Shown here in pieces: positions 35,270 to 46,700 of a stretch of DNA of 64,000 nt. Under the pieces are notes generated by a model. That model saw only the letters and a list, made by a program, of their open reading frames with translations, was not told the origin of the DNA and did not search any database. The DNA is from Chiloscyllium plagiosum (taxonomy: Eukaryota), in contig NC_057718.1 of assembly GCF_004010195.1 (NCBI RefSeq), positions 8,207,552 to 8,271,551 of the forward strand, read 5' to 3'. How positions within the stretch are numbered: position 1 is the stretch's first letter; each line of letters opens with the position of its first letter. The position numbers and the translations under genes are program-made.

Positions 35270-36880
35270 CTGATCAACTTGATTGAATTTTTCAAAGAGG
35301 TAACTAGGTGTATAGATAAGGGCAATATATTCCATGTAGTCTATTTAGACTTCAAGAAGGTTTTTGATAAGACCTATAGGAGAGATATATAGTGAAAGTA
35401 AGAACCCATGGGATCCAAGAAAATTGAGAAAATGGATACAGAAATGCAAGTGGTGGAAGCAGAGGGCAATGGTTGAGAAATGTCTTAGAGACTGGAAGCC
35501 TGAGACTCGTGGAGTTCTGCAGTAATGGAGCCCTTGCTGTTTCTAGTCTGTATAAACATTGAGACTTGAAGGAAGAGGGTTGACCAGTAAGTTCGCAGAT
35601 GATACAAAAATCCTCAATGGTGCACAGTCTCTCAAGGCAGCAGGAGAGATAGATACTGTTAAGGCGGCATTTGGGATATTGTTTTATTAGCCAAGGCATA
35701 GAGTTTTAGAGCAGGGAGGTGATGCTAGAACTGTATAACATGTTGGCCAGGCCACAACTATTGCATGCAGTTCTGGAATGTGATTGAACTGGAGAGGGTG
35801 TAAAGGAAATTTACCAAGATATTGCCTGAGCCGGAGAGTTTTAGTTATGACAGGTGATTGGACAGATATTTTCCCTGGAGTAGAGGGGACTGAGGTGGGG
35901 GGACATGATTGAGGTGTTTAAAATTATGAGGGGCACAGACAGGATAGACAGGAAGAAACTTTTTCTCTCATTCGAGGGATTAATAATGAGGGGGCAAGGG
36001 GCAGGAGGTTTAAGGGGCTGAGAAATATTTTATTTCACCCAGAGAGTAGTGGGAAGCTGGAAGCCACTGTCTGCAAAGGTTGCAGAGGCACAAACCCTCA
36101 GATCATTGTAGTAGTATTTAGAACGTAGAACATAGAACATAGAAGAACACAGCGCAGTACAGGCCCTTCGGCCCTCGATGTTGCGCCGATCCAAGCCCAC
36201 CTAACCTACACTAGCCCACTATCCTCCATATGCCTATCCAATGCCCACTTAAATGCCCATAATGAGGGAGAGTCCACCACTGCTACTGGCAGGGCATTCC
36301 ATGAACTCACGACTCACTGAGTAAAGAACCTACCCCTAACATCTGTCCTATACCTACTCCCCCTTAATTTAAAGCTATGCCCCCTTGTAATAGCTGACTC
36401 CATACGTGGAAAAAGATTCTCACTGTCGACCCTATCTAAACCCCTAATCATCTTATACACCTCTATCAAGTCACCCCTAAACCTTCTTTTCTCCAATGAA
36501 AACAACCCCAAGTGCCTCAGCCTTTCCTCATACGATCTTTCTACCATACCAGGCAACATCCTGGTAAACCTCCTCTGCACCCGTTCCAGTGCCTCCACAT
36601 CCTTCCTATAGTATGGCGACCAAAACTGCACACAATACTCCAGATGCGGCCGCACCAGAGTCTTATACAACTGCAACATGACCTCAGTACTCCGGAACTC
36701 AATTCCGGAGAAGGCGTGCGGAGAAGGCTTTAGATGTACACTTACGATGCTAAGGCATACAGGGCTTTGGGCTAAGTGCTAGAAAGTGGAATTAGAATAG
36801 TTAGGGGGTTGGTTTAGACCAGCACAGGTTTAAATGGCTAAAGAGCTTTTTCTGTGCCGTACAACTTTAAGACGGCATGA
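35270..36880 (+). mobile_element. Old CR1 RT/3' remnant hosting a younger CR1
   Basis: NLIEFF...VYLDF.K.FD remnants. The sequence resumes after 36734 and ends in a CR1 tail. Confidence 0.75.
36123..36706 (-). mobile_element. Young 5'-truncated CR1 insertion
   Basis: ORF 36314-36679 (LYKTLVRPHLEYCVQFWSP...RGDLIEVYKM), a (agaacat)n tail, and 6-bp TSD TTTAGA (36117-36122, 36729-36734). Confidence 0.9.
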
Positions 36881-37499
36881 TATCCAACCCAGAAACTAGT
36901 AGGTTTATATAAGTATCCACTGCTGGTTAATTAATTTCCCTATAAGAGTGAATCTTGCCTTATGACTAATTCCATTGTTGCTAAATTAATAATATACTTT
37001 GCTCAGAACTGTTCTCCTCATGAAAGTTATCATGTTTCTTGGGCAAATTAGGAGCAGAGGGTGCCCACAGGAGTATCAGCATTAGTTATGGTTCCAAGAA
37101 TTTGCGTATTTCCTGAAAGTTCCCCATGGTGCATCAATGTTCATGAAAACCACTGATTTGGAGAAGATCTTCCAAATCAAAACATCCGTTTAAGTTTTCA
37201 ACATGCAACTCTCCTTCTGATTCTAAAATAGTGGTGTCACCATATTCCTTAACATAAATAATTATAGACCATTTTATATCTGAACTGCAACCCATTTTGC
37301 CAACTGTGCTCCTGTAAGCCCCCACCCTGTGCTCCCTACCCTCTCCCACACCCTTTTAAGTTTCATATTTTCAAATTATTTATCCTCTTTGTTTTAAAAG
37401 ATTGCTATGGATTATGCCTTCACCACCATTTTGGAGAACTGACAATAGAAAATGTTGGCAATAGTGTACAGCAATACAAGTTGAATCAGGAAATCTGAA

Positions 37500-37700
37500 A
37501 CACTAACCAAAAATACAGAGTCAGGAAGTATCAGCATGAATTGAAAAACAGAAATGAAGTTTAAGGTCAATGCTCTTTCATCATAAAGCTTCAATAAAAG
37601 TTCGCTGACTGGAAATAAGTCTTACTTCTCACTGTATACTGCCTGACTAGCTGAATATTGCCAGTATTTTCTATCTATAGTTCATTTTCAGCCTCAGCCA
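37500..37700. mobile_element. Highly degraded palindromic mini-element
   Basis: gtcaggaagtatcagc...ctttcatcataaagcttcaataaaag...actgcctgactagctgaatattgccagtattttc. Confidence 0.45.
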
Positions 37701-39346
37701 GTATTTCACAAAATGCATGCTTTCTAGTTATTGATAGTTTATTGTTAACAGTGGATCCCTGGAAATATTTAGTGCATTGCTTTTAGTACCCTCATCAACA
37801 TTAACCCTCATTAATTCTAAAGCAGGGCACTCAAAACTGCAATTATTGTTCTAAGTACATTTTGGCCTGTGAGTTGTATAGTTTTGAGTTTAGCATTTCA
37901 ATTGTGTATTTACAATGCCTATTTACAAGTCATTGGATCCCTTGAGCTTCTTTTTAAAAAATCAGCTTTATTGACTTATTTACTTAACACCATGAAAAAT
38001 GACAACTGTGAACCCCCAGGCTCTCGTTTCTCCTCCACTGCTTTTACAGTTTTATCATCTTATGGTGCATTCTTCTCCTTTTCTTTCCTAATCATTATTA
38101 TCAGCTCCCACTGTTCCAACGTAAATTCCATCTTGTATCTGCCGAGTCCAATATTTGATTTGTCTCAGTCAGAAGCATCTTTGCAATGGGGAATTGAGTT
38201 TTTCTACAGTGAGTTATGACAATCTCGAATGAACTATCTGAAAGGTTGAGAGAGCTACAGGCAGAGGCAGGGGCAGGGAGACAGACTGAGAAGCACCTTT
38301 CGTGGAAAGGCTGTTAGAGCTCTCAGAGCTACTTTGGCTACGCAGCCTGTTAGTTCCAGAAGACACGTAACAGAAGGAAACCAAGAGAAATGGGGATTCA
38401 GAATATGCAATTAAACTTTGTTGTTCAAAACCAAAGTATTCAACCAGGAAAATAAATTACAAAACTCAATCTGAAACTTGTTATGTGACCCTGGGGATCT
38501 TAAAGACAGCACTATAAATCAAAACCTGTCCTTTTCATTAGTTCCCAAATCCCTCCTCCCCTGAAAGCTGGTTTTCTGGGAACAGAATGTTTTTCATTTT
38601 ATGCGTATAAGCATCAAACTCTCCCAAGCTCCAAATGTGCTTGGTAGCTGGAGAGGGCTCGATGCAGAAATAAAGCTCTCCGTACACTGGCCAACTAATA
38701 AACCCAACTGAAGCAAAACACACCTCCTATCAGAGCTAATGTATCACTTCAACAGTGTATACATAGGAATGTGGCTTGAATACATGAACTCTGCATCAGA
38801 AGCAACGGCCTTTCAATCAGGATTAACATTTAGGACACCTAAGGCAAGAGTTTTAGATGCAGAATGGGGGCCAAAATGAGATGCAGGGAGTGGAACTTCT
38901 TGCTACATGCTGGCATGCCAGTTTGCTGGGACTAATTTCCCTAATTTGGTTTTGGGTGCCTGAGCTACACTTCAGCAAGTGGTTCTTGCCAGTCAGCGAG
39001 CAGGCTCTATGGTCAGCTGAAAGATAGTACCCTCCCAACAAATGGTATGGAGGGGGGAGGGGATTTAATCTGAAAGGGACTCTCTCTACCATTCATTATG
39101 AGTATCAAACCATATTTACAGCCCAGTGTCATGGTTTTGACCCACTGAGGAAATCCTGTCGCGCGTATTTCAGCACAGGTAAATCTACTCTACTCCCTCC
39201 CAAACTTAGGTATACTCTATTGCAACAAGTCTGAGCAAAGCAATTTCAAAATAAAATAATCAAGGAATAGAGAAAACTTTCAACTCATTAGAGGTGTTCT
39301 ACAGTCCATTTCTCTAATGTGGATGAACAATAGGGTTGACACACTT

Positions 39347-39552
39347 AATAAAAGCAAATTACTGCGGATGCTGGAATCTGAAACCAAAAGAGGAAATGCT
39401 GGAAAATCTCAGCAGGTCTGGCAGCATCTGTAAGGAGAGAAAAGAGCTGATGTTTCGAGTCTAACTGACCCTTTGTCAAAGCTTTGACAAAGGGTCAGTT
39501 AGACTTGAAACGTGAGCTCTTTTCTCTCCTCACAGATGCTGCCAGATCTGCT
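39347..39552. mobile_element. Palindromic mini-element, family B (opposite orientation to the 7948 copy)
   Basis: Same centre gtcaaagctttgac and TTGACAA core on both arms. 14-bp TSD GGGTTGACACACTT (39333-39346, 39553-39566). Confidence 0.9.
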
Positions 39553-40174
39553 GGGTTGACACACTTGTTCACTTGTTTGTCCAGATAGATGGGCTGATTT
39601 GTGAAATATATTCCTGATTGTCTCAATGTTAACTACCATTCAGTTTTTAAATATTGATCTCATTCTTTCAACTTGCCATATGAACCAATCTAAAGTATGT
39701 CTTGCATTGGCCATTTGAAGATTCAATTATGACAACCTTAAGTAGCAACTTATCTTTTAGCAGTGCCCCAATATTTTGAGATCGCATTATAATAGGTGGG
39801 AGTAATATTGCAGTTATAAAGTTACCAAGAGAATGCTTCAGATTATATGTTAACTGTTCAACAAAGGAAAAGGAGAACTGTCCTTTCTGAGCCAAGTTGG
39901 GGGTTGCAGTCATTCTAATGTCCAAAACTCTGATATTTTCAGATTACGGCTTTTTTTTTGTGTTTAACATGTTGGTAAAATCAAGTCAAAGCAAGTAGAG
40001 ATACAGCGCAATGCTGACTCATCATCACCTTCACAGCACAATGCCTTCTCTATTCTGTCACTTTTCACTGTATCAAGTGGCTTGCAACTAATAACCAGAT
40101 AAAATCACTTGCATAAACCAGTCACCCACAAACTCCATATCACGCCCACTACACAGGATTGCTTTGTGTTTCAC

Positions 40175-40815
40175 TGCTTTGGTATGCTTTCCTTTATTGG
40201 TCAGAGTATTGAGTACAGGAGTTGGGAGGTCATGTTGCGGCTGTACAGGACATTGGTTAGGCCACTGTTGGAATATTGCGTGCAATTCTGGTCTCCTTCC
40301 TATCGGAAAGGTGTTGTGAAACTTGAAAGGGTTCAGAAAAGATTTACAAGGATGTTGCCAGGGTTGGAGGATTTGAGATACAGGGAGAGGCTGAACAGGC
40401 TGGGGCTGTTTTCCCTGGAGCGTCGGAGGCTGAGGGGTGACCTTATAGAGGTTTACAAAATCATGAGGGTCATGGATAGGATAAATAAACAAAGTCTTTT
40501 CCCTGAGATCAAGGAGTCCAGAACTAGAGAGCATAGGTTTAGGGTGAGAGAAGAAAGATATAAAAGAGACCTAAGGGGCAACTTTTTCACACAGAGGGTG
40601 ATACGTGTATGGAAGGAGTTGCCAGAGGATGTGGTAAAGGCTGGTACAATCGCAACATTTAAGAGGCATTCGGATGAGTATATGAATAGGAAGGGTTTGG
40701 ATGGATATGGGCTGGGTGCTGGCAGGTGGGACTAGATTGGGTTGGGATATCTGGTCGGCATGGACAGGTTGGACTGAAGGGCCTGTTTCCATGCTGTACA
40801 TCTCTATGACTCTAT
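40175..40815 (+). mobile_element. HER1-type CR1 3' fragment with open ORF2 C-terminus
   Basis: ORF 40109-40735 from FGMLSFIGQSIEYRSWEVMLRLYRTLVRPLLEYCVQFWSP to GRWD*, tail tctctatgactcta. Confidence 0.9.
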
Positions 40816-41478
40816 AACGCTGCAGTCATGTCTCAAAAGTAGATGCAAGTTCTGAAATGTTCATTGCCAGATGTTAGACCACACTTCAGACATAAAGTTA
40901 AGCAATTAAATCACTTTATGTAATGAAAGTAACATTTCTTTAGCATTAAAAGAAATCAGCTTTATACCCTATTGCAAAGTATTGAGACAAAAGGACTGCT
41001 AAATGCAATGTTATAATGTGAACAAGCAACTCAAAAATTCAACATTGGAGAATTCTGGATCACTTGTGTGGATACCATGGACAATTAAAGACCACATGTA
41101 AACCTTAAATCAAAGGTATTTTGCAATTAATTAAGAACTAATATAAACAGATGTCATTGTTGATTTAGGAATACAAAGGTGCAGCAGCTGTAACCAAAAA
41201 CAGTGCTCCCTACATTTCCAGACCAGAATGTTCATGTAGCCAGACCTCACTGTGGTAGTATGGTGGAAATCAAGATTTGTTCTTCCCAGAGTTGCAACAA
41301 TAATAAATGATTTAATGAAAATCTGTAAAACTTTTCAATTTACTCGTCATTTGGATCCAGGTTGACAGAAAGCATGGACTAAGTTTCTGCACAAAACATG
41401 AATTACTATTTTTTTTAAAAATAGATTCCTGCTGCAGGTAAAAAGCAATTATGGGCTGCTGGCAAATACCTCTACTAG

Positions 41479-41793
41479 ATTAGATTTAGATTACATTACA
41501 GGCCCTTCGGCCCAACAAGTCCACACCGACCCGCCGAAGCGAAACCCACCCATACCCCTACATTTGCCCTTTACCTAACACTACAGGCAATTTAGCATGG
41601 CCAATTCACCTGACCTGCACATCTTTGGATTGTGGGAGGAAACCAGAGCACCCGGAGGAAACCCACGCAGACACGGGGAGAACGTGCAAACTCCACACAG
41701 TCAGTCGCCTGAGGCGGGAATTGAACCCGGGTCTCTGGCGCTGCGAGGCAGCAGTGCTAACCACTGTGCCGCCCACGTGCCACCGTGCCGCCC
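41479..41793 (-). mobile_element. Full-length HE1-like V-SINE
   Basis: 5' GGGCGGCACGGTGGCAC...GTGGTTAGC (A box, partly duplicated), GGTTCAATTCC (B box), V domain and (tagat)n tail. TSD ACTAG (41474-41478, 41794-41798). Confidence 0.92.
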
Positions 41794-42761
41794 ACTAGTT
41801 ACAACCCGACATAAAACCCTATACAAAACTCATCGTACAGACACATACAGATAGACGCACAATAAGAAAGGATATTATGGGTGGAGGGAAAGAGCAGGAA
41901 AGAAGTTCATTGATCCCTGTCCACAGATTTTGCTAAGATCACTCAGATCTTACTGCTCCTCAACCTTCCTGCACTTGCTTGCAAGATACACAGAGCTACT
42001 GGTTCATACTCTCAAACGCTCTTACTAAGTGTTTGAAAGCCATAGCTTACAGCAACTGCTTAGGGGAAATAAAATGTCTTTCTTCAGGCTGGAGGTGCTT
42101 TTTTGGGCAAAGTAGAACAGCACCCCATTTTCCAGGGGGTCCGACGGCTTGAGACCAAACACTCTCACCCATATACTATGTGGGAGACAATCATATCGTT
42201 GTCAGGCAGAAGGCTTTTGTCATTGACAACTGGTCATCATTCCATAGACCAATCAGATACTTGTTGCTGGCCAAATCTTTGTAAACAACCCTTGATTTCA
42301 GTCTGCATGCAGTCTTTCAACTGCAACTTGGGCAGTGCAAAGGAATATCAGGTAGCTTGCTTTTAAAAAATGTGTGGACTGAAATACAGAAAAATGAAAA
42401 GGTATGGTATTTATAAAGTCAACAAAATAAGAAAGCTAGAATGAATTTTGTGGGGGCTCCCAGGGAATGTCTAGGTCTTGTTAAGTTTAGTTTAGCCATT
42501 TCTGACTTAGAAATTGCTCCTAGATTTGTTTTGCAATATTCTGTTCCACATGAGGACTAGTAATGGGAACTGGGTAATGCACAAGGTTGCATTGTCCAAC
42601 AGTTTGGGAGAATACAGCATGGATGATGCACACTCACAGACATTTACCTAGAGCTTGTAGATTTTATATATGCGGATATAACCCGATTTTCAGAATTCTT
42701 GCATATTATTGGCAGGAAAGGATTTGTCAATGAACGTGTGCCTTGTATTGCTGTGAATATA

Positions 42762-42999
42762 CAATAGTCCCCCCACCACCCCTCCACCCCGTATCTGCGA
42801 GGGTATGTTCCAAGACCTACTGCGGAAGCCTGAAACTGCTGATAGGTACTAACCCATTCATTGAAATGGGAAACGTACCTTCCCGGCAAGCCTCCTGGTC
42901 TCTGGTTCTGGAACGTTCTCTATAATATATTCAGGCCGCGAGAAACCACGGGTAACTGAAACAGCGGAAACTGAACCCGCGGATACTGTGGTCGCCCTG
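42762..42999. mobile_element. Tigger7/MER44-like MITE
   Basis: TA flanks at 42760-42761 and 43000-43001. Termini CAATAGTCCCCCC...GTATCTGCGAGGGTATGTTCCAAGACC and GGTAACTGAAACAGCGGAAACTGAACCCGCGGATAC...CTG. Confidence 0.75.
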
Positions 43000-43354
43000 T
43001 AATTAATGAATTGTTGACACTGAAAGTTGACACTGAAATTGAGACAATGACAAGTCTACAAGGAAACCAAATGTGCTCTCAGCCAAACCTTATGCGACTA
43101 GTGCTAATTACTTGATAGCACCAGGTTTCACTCTATGTCACTGAGTAGGTCAGCTGAGTGCACTGATGTACTCTGCCATTTTCCATCCAGCATATTCATG
43201 GGATATATGCATGCAATTTCCAAACGTGTGTGTTAGGGAATGGCTCTGTGTCAAAACTGAACAATCAGAAAATAGAGCTTCGTGTTGGCAGTACATTATA
43301 TGCACCTTTAAGCCTGTTCCCTGAATTCTATTCAATTGCTGTGGTGTATCGTAC

Positions 43355-43546
43355 CTGAGCTGCCTGGCACTTCTGCTGGAGTATTGGCTGGAGCATGTGC
43401 ACCAGGAGGGATCTGAATGGTTGAGAAATTTGATGGTGGGTGATCGCTAGGGTGCACTGGTATGTTGGAGAGGTCTGCAGCTGGCATGGATTCAGTGGGC
43501 TTCTTCAAGATTGGCGACTCTGAACCATCATGGTTACCCTCATTTT
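43355..43546 (-). CDS. VTA1: VTA1 internal coding exon (Pro/Ser-rich linker; likely exon 6)
   Basis: Acceptor tttacAG and donor G|GTACGA. 192 nt, phase 1-1, encoding (E)NEGNHDGSESPILKKPTESMPAADLSNIPVHPSDHPPSNFSTIQIPPGAHAPANTPAEVPGSS. IQIPPGAHAPANTPAEVP is the conserved VTA1 linker motif. Confidence 0.95.
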
Positions 43547-43778
43547 CTGTAAACAGATATTACATTTGGTTACTCAATATTGCAATTTAAAAGAGCTTTC
43601 TAATCATCAAAAATAATGCAGCATATTTGACAGCTTGTTTGAGACTCCTGCATTGGAAAAATAGCAAATTAGCCATTGTTCATCCATGCAAAGCAACATT
43701 CAGGTGGTTCTGATTGTAATTATTATAAAGCAGCTGACATGTATCATAACTTCATTTACCATGTTTGTGCTACATCTT

Positions 43779-46700
43779 AGAGTCACAAAGTCATACAGCA
43801 TGGAAAAAGACCCTTCAGCCCAAACGGTCCATGCTGACCATAATTCCAAACTAGTCTCATCTGCTTGCGTTTGGCACATACACTTTCCAAACCTTTCCTG
43901 TTCATATACTTATCCAAATGTCTTTCAAACATTGTAATTTGACCTGCATTCACCACTTCCTTTGGAAATTCATTCCACACACAAACACACTGTGTAGACA
44001 GTTGCCCCTTAAATCTCTCTTCCCTTAAAAATATGCCACCTAGTCTTGAAATCCCTCACCCCAGGGAAAAGACACCTATCATATAACTTACCTACACACC
44101 TCATGACTTTTTAAACCTCTACAAGGTTAACCACAAGACATAGGAGCAGAAATTAGGCCACTCAGACAATCAAGTCTGCTCAATCATGTCTGATAAGTTT
44201 CTCAACCCCATTCTCCCGCTTTCTCCCTGTAACCCTTGATCCCTTTGACAATTAAGAACCTATCTTAAATATACTCAATGATCTGGCCTCCAACAGCCTT
44301 CTGTGGCAACAAATTCCACAGATTCACCACTCTCTGGCTGAAGAGGTTTCTCCTCATCTCTGTTCTAAAAGGTCTTCCCTTTACTCTAAGGTTGTGCCCT
44401 CTGATCCTAGTCTCTCCTATCAGTGGAAACAACTTTCCAATGTCCACACTGTCCAGGTCATTCACTATTCTGTATGTTTCAGTTAGATGCCCCCCTCATC
44501 CTTCTAAACTCCATCGAATATAAACCTGAAGTCCTCAAACGCTCCTGATATGTTAAGCCTTTCCGCCCTGGGACCATTCTCGTGGACCTTCTCTGAACAC
44601 TCCCTAGTGTCACCTTTCCTGAGGTATAGGACCAAACACTGCGCACAATACTCCAGATGTGGTCTAACCAGAGCCTTATAGAGCCATAGAAGTACATCCC
44701 TGCTTTTACATTCAAGACCTCCCAAAATAAATGCCATCATTGCATTTGCCTTCCTAACTATTGACTCAACCTGCAAGTTTACCTTGTGAGAATCCTGGAC
44801 AAGAACTCCCAAGTCTCTTTACACTTCAGACTTCTGAATTTGTTCATTTAGAAATTAGTCCATACCTCTATTCTTCAAACTGCATGACCTCACACTTTTC
44901 CACGTTGTACTCCATCTGCCACTTCACTGCCCACGCTCCTAAACTGTCCAAATCCTTCTGCAGCCTCCCCGCCTCCTCAATTCTACCTGTCCCCCTACCT
45001 ATCTTTGTATCATCTGCAAACTTAGCCAGAATACCCTCAAGTTCCTTCATCTAGATTATTAATGCATAAAGTAAAAAGTTGTGGTCCCAACACTGAGCCT
45101 TACGGAACACTGCATGTCACCGGCTGCCACCCTTTTATCCTTAATCTCTGCTTTCTGCCATGGGCTGTTACCTTATGCAGTAGCCTCCTGTACAGTATCG
45201 TGTCAAAGGCCTTTTTGAAGTCCAGCTAGATAACATCCATTGGCCCTCCTTGGTCTAGCCTGCTTGTTACTTAGAGTCATTGAGATGTACAGCACAGAAA
45301 CAGACCCTTCGGTCAAGCTTGTCCATACTGACCAGATATTTTGGAAGAGTGTTACAGGTTGCGGGGGGACTTGGATAAACTGCAGAATAGAGCTGAGAAG
45401 TGGCAAATGGAGTTCAATGCAACTAAATGTGAGGTGCTGCACTTTGGGAAGAATAACAGGAAGGCAGAGTACTGGGTCAGTAGAAAGATTCTTGGTAGTA
45501 TGGACGTGCAGAGGGATCTTGGAGTGCATGTACATAGATCCCTGAAAGTTGCCACCCAGGTTGATAGTGCTGATAAGAAGGCATACCGTGTGTTAGGTTT
45601 CATTGGTAGAAGGATTGAGCTCTGGAGCCGCAATATCATGTTGCAACTATACCAGGCACACTTGGAATATTGCGTACAGTTCTGGTCGCCATATTTCGGG
45701 AAAGATGTGAAGCATCGGAAAAGGTTTGGAGGAGATTTACCAGGATGTTGCCTGGTCTGGAGGGAAGGTCTTACGAGGAACGGCTGAGAGATTTGCGTCT
45801 GTTCTCATTGGAAAGCAGAAGGCTAAGAGGGGATTTGATAGAGACATACAAGATGATCAGAGGATTAGATAGGGGAGACAGTGACAGTCTTTTTCCTAGG
45901 ATGATGACAGCAGCTTGTACGAGGGGCCATAACTACAAATTGAGGGGTGATAGATTTAAGACAGATGTCAGAGACAGGTTCTTTACTCAGAGTGGTAAGG
46001 GCATGGAATGCCCTACCTGCTAATGTAGTTAACTCAGCCACATTAGGGAGATTTAATCAATCCTTGGATAAGCACATGGATGTTGATGGGATAGTGTAGG
46101 GGGACGAGCTGAGAATAGTTCACAGGTCGGTGCAACATCGAGGGTGCTGTATTAGATTAGATTACATTACAGTGTAGAAACAGGCCCTTCGGCCCAACAA
46201 GTCCACACCGACCCGCCGAAGCGAAACCCACCCATACCCCTACATTTACCCCTTACCTAACACTACGGGCAATTTAGCATCGCCAATTCACCTGACCNNN
46301 NNNNNNNNNNNNNNNNNNNNNNNNNNNNNNNNNNNNNNNNNNNNNNNNNNNNNNNNNNNNNNNNNNNNNNNNNNNNNNNNNNNNNNNNNNNNNNNNNNNN
46401 NNNNNNNNNNNNNNNNNNNNNNNNNNNNNNNNNNNNNNNNNNNNNNNNNNNNNNNNNNNNNNNNNNNNNNNNNNNNNNNNNNNNNNNNNNNNNNNNNNNN
46501 NNNNNNNNNNNNNNNNNNNNNNNNNNNNNNNNNNNNNNNNNNNNNNNNNNNNNNNNNNNNNNNNNNNNNNNNNNNNNNNNNNNNNNNNNNNNNNNNNNNN
46601 NNNNNNNNNNNNNNNNNNNNNNNNNNNNNNNNNNNNNNNNNNNNNNNNNNNNNNNNNNNNNNNNNNNNNNNNNNNNNNNNNNNNNNNNNNNNNNNNNNNN

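Noticed and set aside
38843..39160. Possible Harbinger-like MITE
   Set aside because: The terminal inverted match (ggcaagagtttt / ggaaatcctgtc) is too weak to support a call.
40109..40735. 208-aa ORF as a host gene
   Set aside because: It is the C-terminus of CR1 ORF2 in a 5'-truncated copy.
41700..41793. tRNA gene
   Set aside because: The A/B boxes belong to the HE1 SINE head, which continues into a V domain and LINE tail with a TSD.
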